Positions 51,598 through 64,000 of a DNA stretch of 64,000 nucleotides are shown piece after piece. The notes below the pieces were generated by a model. It was not told where the DNA came from and did no database searches. It saw nothing but the letters and a program-made list of their open reading frames with translations. Both the position numbers and the translations under genes were made by a program. The stretch is from Octopus sinensis (Eukaryota). Within the stretch, counting starts at the first letter, position 1, and the number at the start of each line of letters is the position of its first letter. Location of the stretch: NCBI RefSeq assembly GCF_006345805.1, contig NC_042999.1, positions 146,382,001-146,446,000 on the forward strand, in the 5' to 3' direction.

Positions 51598-52264
51598 TAT
51601 TTCTATTTTCCAAATGAAATGATGTATTTTAACTCTGTATCATATCCATCATTCGCACAATACGTGTAAACACGCTCGCTACATTATGATCCAATTAACA
51701 CCAGACCATCTCTGTCCCCAGCCATGCACGAAAAAAAAAATGAAAAATAGATTAAATCATACCAGTATTATACAACTGAATGATAACAAATGGGAAGTAT
51801 GTTTTTTGGACTTATTACACAAAATGCACGAAAAACAAAACGTGCATAACTATTTAACACCAGAAATGAACGGACCGGTACCCTGCGAAAATGATGACCA
51901 TTAAAATAAAGGCCCAGGCGTTATTTCTCATGTCCAGCAAATGAAATTAAAAAAAGCATGAATGGACACGTGAGGAATATATTTTGATACTACACGTTTA
52001 TTTTACAGCAGCATTCTACCCACAGAATGAAAACAACAAATACATAACAAAAACACCAGGGCTAACAAGTATATATAACATACAGAAAACAGCACTACTA
52101 GGCACCGCACAAATCTTACGTAAAACATTTTTAATACAGTAAGAATAACAGCTTCACAACAAACCACAGCACATACCTAAGGCACACAGAGCTGCGCTCG
52201 GTAGTGCTGTGAAAGAGCATGATGAAAATAAGACTACTGAATGATGATAATGATAATAATACTA

Positions 52265-52300
<36 letters not shown>

Positions 52301-52388
52301 TTAATAATAATAATAATAATAATAATGATATGCGTGTTTGTATGTTTGTATGGGCACGTATATATATGTGTGTGTGTGCGTATGTGTG

Positions 52389-52436
<48 letters not shown>

Positions 52437-52489
52437 CATATATGCAGATATATACATATATGTACATACGTACACACACGCGTATATGC

Positions 52490-52581
<92 letters not shown>

Positions 52582-52712
52582 GTATATGTATATATATACA
52601 TACATATATAAATGTGTGAATATGTATTTGCGTTCAGGCTTCCTTTTGCTTTTATTTTACACCGATATGTCAACGACATATACCAACCCATCTGTCTGTC
52701 TGTCTGTCTGTG

Positions 52713-52763
<51 letters not shown>

Positions 52764-52764
52764 G

Positions 52765-52834
<70 letters not shown>

Positions 52835-53675
52835 GTTACACTAAAAATCGGTGTGCAGGGTACCAGACATTTTGAGTCGTGTCATATATAATAAACTACT
52901 CCAGATTTGTGTTCGAGTGGTCGCAAGACCGGCTGGTTTGTACTGACTTTGAGTTGTATAAGTTGTTATAAGGAAGTCAAATGAAGCAGTGATATTTTGA
53001 AATTATTTAACATGTACGTTTCACGTCTGCGATGTATATTATTGGAAATGAATACATTACGTAAACCTTCCTCAGTTAACATATTTTAAACTGTGAAAAA
53101 CTTGGAAATATTTCAATGCACATGACAAAAGCAATAAGCCAGTCACTGAATTTGAAGGATGGATATGTATATATAGGGGAATACGAATATGTATATATAG
53201 GGGAATAAGAAGAATTAGAAGGAAGGAGGGAAAGAGAGAAGGGGGAAAGAGTGAGGAAAATATTGGTATAGAAGAAAGTGAGGGGGAGAACTGTATCTCT
53301 GTCATCAGAATTTTCTGTCTAATCTAGATATGGGACGAAATGTATTAGATGCATTGATTTATAAACTTTATTGATCAGTATCGTGGCATCTGTATTAGGG
53401 CTCCATTCACAACTTCTATTTCTACATTGGGGTACAACATTTTAAATCTGTCAAAATAAGTCTCATGTTTTTAGCTACAATATTGACCCACTTACTCTTG
53501 GCTGATTACTCTGAAATGATTGGCAATTGACCAAAGACTTACTTTTATTCATTTACAATTATGCTTCATGCTGCTTCAGTTTTGGCAGTTGAAATATATT
53601 TTCCTAATGTTTGCTGTTAAAGAGATGAACTACATTTCTCCGTTTGTGATAACTATTATCTGTTTGTGTATTTGA

Positions 53676-53803
<128 letters not shown>

Positions 53804-54167
53804 ATCTATATATCTATCTATCTATCTATCTAAGTATGTATACGTACACACTCTATACACATACAGATACTTATATACATAGAAACACACACGTACATTC
53901 ACAGAGATACATACGCATACCATCTGTTGTTCGTTATACTTTATAAAGTAGATTGTTGATGCAGATAGTGGAACGCGTGTTTGATGGCATTTAACATTAA
54001 TCGAATCTATGTTTTAACGTTAATTATTTATGAAAGAATGAAAGCGAGATAGATAGATAGAGAGTGAGTGAGAAAGAGAGAGAGAGAGAGAGAGCACAGA
54101 CTGAGAAACAGAAAGGAAAAAAAGTGATGAAGAGCAAGAGAAAAGAGAGAGAAAGCAGAGATGATAA

Positions 54168-55410
54168 CTGTTTCTAATTTAGTCACAAGCCTACAGTTTT
54201 GGAGAGTGAGAGGGTTAGTTGATTACACTGACCTCCATAATTGACTGGTATTATATTTATCGACGTTAGAGGATGAAAGCAAAGTTAACCTTGGTGGCAT
54301 TTGAACCGAGAATGTAAATAGCAGGAACAAACAGTACAAAGCATTTTGTCCAATGCTCTAACGATTTGCCACTTCATCTCCATGAGTATGAGAAATATTC
54401 ATTTCAAACTTTGGCACAAGCCTAGTGATATCGCGGAGGGGTGAAATAGATTACATTGGCAGCATTGCTCAACTGGTACTTATTTTATCGACCCCAAAAG
54501 GAAGAAAGGCAAAGTCGACCTCGGCGGAATTTGAACTCAGAATGTAAAGACAAACGAGATGCCGCTATGCATTTTACCCGGCGTGCTAACGATTCCGCCA
54601 GCTCGCCGTCTTTTAAGGATAATATATATTCTTTTCTACTGTAAGCACAAGACTCGAAATTTGTGGGAGGGGGCCAGTCGATTAGATCGACCCCAGTGCG
54701 ATCCCAAAAGGATGAAAGGCAAAGTCGACTTCGGCTGAAGGATAAAATATATAACGCAAAGCAATTCGAATGAAGTAAATTATCAATATTCACATATCGC
54801 ACTCTGTCGATTACGACAACGAGGGTTCTAGTTGATCCGATCAACGGGACAACCTTCTCGTAAAATCAATGTACAAGTGGCGGAGCACTCCACAGACAAA
54901 TGTACCCATAACATAATTTTCGGGAATTTTCAGCGTGATACAGAGTGTGACAGGGCTGGCCCTTTGAAATACAAGAACTACTCATTTTTGCCAGCTGAGT
55001 GGACTGAAGCAATGTGAAATATTATATTGATATCAGTATTCAAGTTGTATATATTTTATCGACTCTGAAAATAAAGAAACGTAGTATCATACCGCCAGGA
55101 TTTGATCTCAGAATGAGGCAACTAAATATCGCGAGACTTTATAGTGCATAATCTTACCTATTTTGCCAACCCTATATAAAGAGAAAATTCCTGATTTCTG
55201 ATATAAACACAGGGTCTTAAATTCGATGAATCAGGAACAGTCGGTGTTATCAATTCCCGATAAGGCTTTAAACTCCTAACGCCCTGTATTTAAATCCTGC
55301 TGAGGTCAGCTTCACCTTTCGCCTTTCTTAGATCAATTAAAAACGATAGAAAATAGCAATGAAGTACTGGGGTCAATATAATCAACTGCTTCTTAATCGC
55401 CACAAAATTT
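54168..55410. mobile_element. Cluster of SINE B and SINE C fragments
   Basis: Three head-to-tail minus-strand B copies (54168-54738), a C body (54800-55020) and two degenerate B copies. Confidence 0.7.
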
Positions 55411-55416
55411 CAACCT

Positions 55417-55751
55417 AGAAGTAGTGGGGTGCATCATAGCTATGTGTTGGAAAGAGTTCTTTGGGGTTTGAATAATTCGCCTCTGGAAACATGGATGTTG
55501 TGTTCATCATCCTTAAACAAACCTTATGCTGGGACCTCTTGAACTGGATGGGTTACTCGACCTGAAAAAATTTCTAACTGCGCCCCATCAGCAAGGTCAT
55601 GCGCTGTTTATCTTGATTTGAGATCACCATGCCGCGCACATATGGTTGTGATGCATGTGCTTGGTGTAGCCTTAGATGGGTTGCCATGATGGGGTCATAT
55701 TAGGCTTTGTATATTTGCACACTAGTGGAGGCATGCATTTCTCTCTCACTC
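55417..55751 (+). mobile_element. Family D retroposon copy 5 (5'-truncated, more diverged)
   Basis: Matches 7190-7534; ends CTCTCTCACTCAATAATAAT. Confidence 0.8.
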
Positions 55752-56811
55752 AATAATAATATTAGTTTTAATACGGAAGAATTTTACAAATATTTCAGTT
55801 GGTATATTTAATGTTTTTATTATGAGTATATTTCATTACACTGATGGTGCTATCACCCTTCAAAATGCATCAATGTCACACTTTCCTTTTCACCTTTCTC
55901 AAATTATACATCCTTGTGCTTGTTTGAAATTACAAGTTATGAGTCTCAAAATATGCATTCACGTAGAGCAGTGTGTACTATAATTTACTGCTTAACTTAA
56001 CTTTTAAATAATAATGATTATATGTCTAATCCATAGTCACTGACACCACCATATTCTACCCTCTAATTCAGAATCTTTAAACTTACCTAGGGAATTGCTT
56101 TAAGCAGAAATCGAATCCAAACAGTGGAGTTGTACACTGGGAATATTGCTGTTCTATTATGACCTTCACAACACAAAAAGGGGTCTTAAAACTGTGGCAA
56201 TTAGCAACTCCGGCAATGGTAAAAGTAATGCTGGAGGTTTTATGTCGGATATGATCTTGCAATATGATGTTTAACGAACTACATAGTATATAATATTATC
56301 ACAGCTCTCTTTTCTCTTCAGAGAAATGTTCCTTTTATTTAAATAAAAATAAAGGAAAAAAATGAAACGAAAGAAAATAATAAAAATATATTGTAATTTA
56401 CATTATTTATAACGAAGTATCACTAGCACTTTCATTTCTATATTGAAGGATGAAAGAGCAACATTAAACTTTAATTGATGTAATTAGATTCAACACAATG
56501 TTAATATGATAGATTTGGAAGGAGTGAGAGTCGAGAAGAAAGAAAGAGATGGGATGTATGGTGAGATCGAGGAGGTAATATAAATTATGAAGCATTCGTT
56601 GTTTATTTAAATCCCATTATTGACACCATTACCAAACTAATTACTCCTTGCTCCTTGATGTTGAAATTTGTTTATTTATGATTTTCTTTTTTTACTGATT
56701 TGTTTACTGGATTTTTGATTTTTGCTTCTAATTAAGTTTGTATTCATTATTTCATTAAAGAACTTAATCACGTAATTATAAAACTAAAAGGAGACAAGGA
56801 CAACAGAAATG

Positions 56812-56882
<71 letters not shown>

Positions 56883-58394
56883 TATTATTATTGTTATTAT
56901 TATAATAATAATGATGATGATGATGATGATGATTATGATGATGGTGGTGACGGTAATTATGATGATGATGATGATAGTGATAATTTATTAGCGACAAAGG
57001 CTTACACATACATATATCCATACAATAGACATATACACACAATACAAGCTTAAAATGTTAAAATATGGCGGTGGCAAAACATGTGGAAACGGGCAAAACA
57101 AAATTATATAAAAGGTTGTGAGGAGTCATAATGTTTTACCCCGAACATATTAGATAAAGATTAAAGAGCATAGAACGATTATAAAAATTATATGAAACTC
57201 ACAATAATCAAGACAATGTGTAATTTGAAAATAAAGCAGAAATTAGGTTAGTCATCTACAAACGCGTTAGAGTGCATAGTTAAGTTCTGGTAAGTCAACA
57301 CCACAGTTCTACTTGACGGTCACTTGTGTTGAAAAGGGCTTCACCCAACGTCATTCGCGAGCAAGTTTGGTGTTGACCACAATAAAAAGCATCTATCTGA
57401 TGTTTTTGATTAATGATTGAGTAATGATTGAGTAATTTTGAGTAAATGATTGATGCAGTTTTCATCAATATCATAACGTTTGCCTGTCTTCTGTGCATCG
57501 ATTCTATTTCTCTTTCCTCGTGTAGCACATCTTCAGTTTTATTCGCTTCATAGAAAATCAGCTTTCATCTTAGGGACGTGTTGCTCCATCTGTGACTCTA
57601 AAACCTCACAAAAAATTTCCCTTCAAAATCGTTTGGTCTATTATACACGATTTTTATCCATTTTCTTTTCTTGTTTGTTTTCTGTGAAAATGTGAAAGCT
57701 TTTGTTTGGCGATAGTTTTTCTTTTTCGACATTTTGTGTTGGATATTAGCGAACATTATTTTGCTTGAAACGAACTGCTGAGAATAATGATAACGAGCAG
57801 CTCACTTTTCTTGGAAACAACTTAAACGAATTGACAGTGATCAAGTTATCGAAGTTTGATACGTGACTGTCCTATTAGAAAATACTTTACTGCGATAGTT
57901 ACCAATAGAGAAACCTTCATATAGGCATTTTGGTACAAAATGCACTCTTGTTTATATCACTAGTGGGGAAATAAATCCCCTTTGTCTCCAGCGTCAACGC
58001 CACAGATCATGTGATTTGGGTCTTGTCAATGATCGGCGGTTGAACGCTAGGGATAGCAGTGATTTATCTCCCGCCAGTGATTTATAGAATAACGTTGTTA
58101 GAGCAGGCGTTTGTGTCGCAATTACCCGGTTAGCTTGTTAAAAAATATATATTGGCGACAAAGGCAGAATTAATATCAACAGGTAAGATTTATCCTCACT
58201 TAAATGTGGATATTGTGCTAGAACAAATTTTACTGCGGTAGTTACCATTAGAGAAACAACTCACTTTAGTACAGCTCCAGAAAACAGTTATTTGAAATAG
58301 CTAGGATACTTAGGAGTGTTCTTGTCATCTAAGGTTATTTGTAACCCGACGTTAGGGTTTTTTCTTTTCCAAAACTCTAATCTACTGAGTGTAT

Positions 58395-59980
<1,586 letters not shown>

Positions 59981-59999
59981 TAAAAATAATAATAATATG

Positions 60000-60122
60000 G
60001 ATTATCAAGAGGGTCCTAAGCACTTGTAAGACTGCTGAAAACTTGTGAATACCTAAGGTCACAGGTAGTAACCCGCTATCCGCAGAATTCCTACCAGGAA
60101 TTAGACCGAACCTGAGACAAAC
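60000..60122 (+). mobile_element. Short 3' stub of a second R4/Dong-type family
   Basis: Encodes IIKRVLS, followed by a short UTR and (TGA)n(TAA)n. Confidence 0.45.
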
Positions 60123-60123
60123 C

Positions 60124-60190
<67 letters not shown>

Positions 60191-62619
60191 TAATAATAAT
60201 AATAATAATAATAAATATCTCTCAAATATAACTTAGAGAATATTAAAGTCTCATTTTTCCGCTTAAGAACCAAAGGACCATTAAGAGAATAGGGGAATAT
60301 TTCATTAAATACTGGTAGTCCGGTTTTCCTTCTCGTCGTTTTCTTGCATCAGAATTTCTCAACATAAGCGTCTGTCAGTGGAGAATAAACTTAACACCTC
60401 AGCCCACTAAGTTTCAAGTTTCCTTACATGTAGTTTATGATAAAATATGCAGGAAGGAAACAAAAGAGGGAAAGAGAGAGATAGAATGAACAGCCAGGAA
60501 TATAAATGACAGAAATGGGAATAGGATAATTTATGTGAGACACAGTGCCAACCGTTGAGAGGAAGAAGATGGAGAATTCAACGTCAGTTCATTTACTGAT
60601 GACTAGCATCGTTGCCGAAAAGGGTAAATTTGTAGTGGGCAGAAGATACTAAATGCAACGATCTAGATTCTATTTTGACAGAAAGGAAATCCCTTATATT
60701 AAACTGCAAAATATTTTTATATTCCTCTCCTCCCCACAAAAAAAGAAAATGTCGTGATTTCATAAGATCTTTTATGTCCCCTATAAATACTTAAGATCAG
60801 AACCGTGACTGGTATATATTTTATTGATCATAGTAGAAACAGTTGTCAACTGATGCGGATTCTGAACTACGGAGCTTCGTGTGGATGAATTTATGCTGGT
60901 TGTTCTACTTGTGATCCTTAGAACTACAACTATAGGTGGACAGATATAGGTTGATACACACATGAAGATGAATGGAATGAGCCGCAGTAAGACATCAGAC
61001 AGTGAAACAACTAGTCGGTAATCTATTATCCTATATCATCCATGTTGCCTGTTTTTAAATATTGATCCTTAAACTCCTTGATAGATTCCTAGCGAAATCA
61101 TTGTAATATACAAAATATATTGGCCAATTTTAGACCTGTTTATTTTGACGAGGATCGAATTTGTGAGTTAGTCTACATTAAAAATGATGGCTTTCATACT
61201 ATTTTAAAGGTAATAATAACGCAAATGTGAATAAAAAGAATTGTTAGAGCACCGGGTAAAATGGCTTGCAGTATTTTGTTATGACTTTTTTATGTTCTGT
61301 GTTCAAAGTACTCCGAGTTGGGCAATAGATTCTTCCAGGGTTGTTAAATTATGTAACATCTGTGAAAGAGATCTATATTTTTCTGCCACCAAATATGTGG
61401 CCTTGTGCCTGTGTAAGAAATCAGAAATGATGCAAGCGATTATTATTTCCAGTCCGGAACTTCTAGAACTAATTAGTCAAATCACATCATTAAAAAAATG
61501 ACATATTGAATAAGCGACTGGGGTATGCTATGTCTATAATAGTAACAGTTGACGGTCATAACCGGAACGCTTTTTATCGTAGGTATGCGCAATTAGAATC
61601 ATTTTAGCGTTACGCAACAACAACCACAACAGCAATAAATATAGTGGTTATGAAACGAAAGTGGAGAGAGAATGTGCAACAGAACAACGGAAACTCTTGT
61701 CTTACAAGTAAGAAAAAGAATGACCAGAAGAAATAAGAGAAAACGATATGCCTGAAGAAGTAATCATGATTATAAAAAAATAAAGCAAACACTTAGATTT
61801 GATGACATGCAAAAACACATGTTTCCCCATTCTCTAAATAAGATAGATGACAATATAATTGTGTTGTTTGCTCCATTAGTCTTTAGCTAGTCCGGGTTTC
61901 ATTTCTAGATTATATCAGATATGAATTGGCAATTGTGCTAAAATAGACAAGTTAATCTAACGCAGGTAATGCAGTTTGCATAATTGAATAAATTTGCGTC
62001 TTGCAGAAAGGTGAATTGTTATGTTTCTAAGGCAGTAAAAGAGGCATAAAAAATGGTCAACTAACATATTTTCTTCATTTTCTCTCTGATAAAGTGCCCA
62101 GAACAAAATATTAATATATAATGCCGGTCAAAGTTATGCAGTTTTGCCAACAATATCAGCAGACTTTTGCCGATGCCAACTATCTCTATCTATTTTAACG
62201 CTGTCTTCATATAACAAAGGATAATTTCTTGAGCGTCTGATGTATGCATATATACATCATATACATAATATACATCCATATTTTATACACACACACACAC
62301 TGTATGTACATATATATACAGTATGTATACATGTATTTATGTATTTATGTGTGTGTGCTTGTATCTGTGTATGTGCATATGTGTGTGGGTCTGTGCAGGC
62401 TTAGTAGTGCAAAAGAGAAGACAAAACTCTGTAAGTGAAAATACAGTGCTTTATTTTTAATCGATAGAAGTCTATAAAAATGCCTCAAGGGTCGATTATT
62501 TTGCGCGTGGCACTTATCTGCATGCACGAAAATTTCGGCACTCGAGTCAGTTTTGTAACTTTCTGTTGATTAGCAAATTAGAAACATACATACATGCCTA
62601 CATAAATAAGGAACGTAAT

Positions 62620-64000
62620 CTCGACGAGGCTTGATAGTTGGCTATTGAAACAAAAATTTCACATCCTACAAAGAACCTTTCACGACCTTTTAAAAACAAA
62701 ACAGAACATTGGATGCGAAGCTAGATACAAACTGTACATAGTTTCTTTGAATGTGTTTCTCCAAGAGCACAACCAAACAAATACAGTGATAATAGATGAA
62801 CAGGAGGAGAAAAGAAAGGAGTTTTGGACTGTGCTGAAATCTCTTCATCACCAAAGATGCTAAACAACATCGGCGCTGTTTAATATAGCTGATCTACAAG
62901 AAGGCATCTGATTCAGTCCCTCACTCATGGATACTAGAACCACTACACCTTGCCAAAGTGCCAAATATTATAGTTAATGCATTGAAAGACCACAGTATAG
63001 TCCACACAATTATCACTAACAACCGAAGCAATATCTATAGCTGCAAACCAAATTAATGGTGTTTGTACCGGCACTAAAATCCTTGTTTTCAACCCTTTAA
63101 ATGTAATATCAAGACTATATTTTGGGATATGCATAAAAGAAGAGCAACATCACCACCACACTTTTTGTTGATGACCTAAAATTACACTCAGGTAAAATGA
63201 ACAACATCAAGAGAAACTTAGAACCTGTCATAACATTTTCACGAGACAGGGCGTTTGGGCAAGATAAATTCTCATGCATGATAGTCAAAGATTGATTGTC
63301 AGCCAGTCAGAGAGCATCAATTGTTCTTCTGTTTTCCCTATTTCCAGTGATGAATACATTGAACACACTAATACTGAGTGGAAAGCCAGTCAGAAAAGAA
63401 CGCTTCTGCAGGCTCCAAAACATATGGAACTCAAAGCTATCTGCATTTAATAAGACCATGTCTCAACATATCTTGCAACATTTGGGATATTAGACTAGAC
63501 ACGATGAAATCTGCTATCTGGACATTAAAGCTAGACATATTCTGACCAAGAATGGCAACTTCCACATCAAAAGAAATACTGTTAAGAGCTGTGTATGAAA
63601 AACATAAAGAAGGTAGAAGTGACATAAGATTTATCCAAACAGCCTTTGAATGTCTCACTGTATCACTCAGACAACGGCTCTGAATAGGAAAGAAAGAAAC
63701 GCAATAAGAAATGAGAGTAACAGTATCTTCGGTGTAAGGGCGAAATTCTTAAGCAGGTACTCTGAGAGAATAATCTGAGTACACAAAAGATTGGAGAAGC
63801 ACTCAACATAACGAAAAAAAAAGAAAAAAGCAAAAAGCAAAAGGAAACAATGCATGAGTACATATCACGCAAACCAGAGTATAACAATGGCATTGAAGGG
63901 AGAATAGCTTCTCCTGGACTTATGATAAATACATTGCATCCCGCCTAGAAGGATATGCTTTTGCCATCCAGAAACTTGAGATCGCTTCCAAATACTTGAC
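62620..64000 (+). mobile_element. Highly decayed R4/Dong-type RT region running off the window
   Basis: TTTLFVDDLKLH near 63150-63190. LDIKARHILTKNGNFHIK resembles 46362-46676. Confidence 0.65.

Noticed and set aside
57295-57700. Possible tyrosine-recombinase (Crypton-like) relic on the minus strand (IDAFYC)
   Set aside because: Needs several frameshifts and shows no catalytic R-H-R-Y residues; too weak without an HMM search.

Overview
Eukaryotic, AT-rich, microsatellite-saturated DNA. The repeat complement (tRNA-derived SINEs, RTE, R4/Dong-type and Penelope-like retroelements, Helitron and Tc1/mariner relics) points to an octopus or other coleoid genome; this is inference. The only host coding sequence I can support is one 288-nt minus-strand exon (17283-17570) of a metabotropic glutamate receptor, so the window is probably mostly two very large introns. 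Inside them are: an apparently full-length 3.9-kb RTE LINE with an uninterrupted 1082-codon APE-RT-zinc-finger frame and a candidate 9-bp TSD (35630-39527); a Penelope-like RT/GIY-YIG fragment; several decayed R4/Dong-type LINE pieces; an internally deleted mariner; MITEs; and many SINEs. The most interesting signals are: (i) minimal hammerhead-ribozyme motifs and fold-back palindromes in small (TA)n-flanked elements; (ii) a headless, 5'-truncated, (AAT)n-targeted ~540-bp retroposon family with 5 copies and a stub; (iii) a Ser codon (AGT) at a Gly-conserved mGluR position that A-to-I editing would restore; (iv) the RTE frame has no AUG upstream of its first endonuclease motif. Most short ORFs in the supplied track are microsatellite artefacts. 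All alignments and folds were done by eye.
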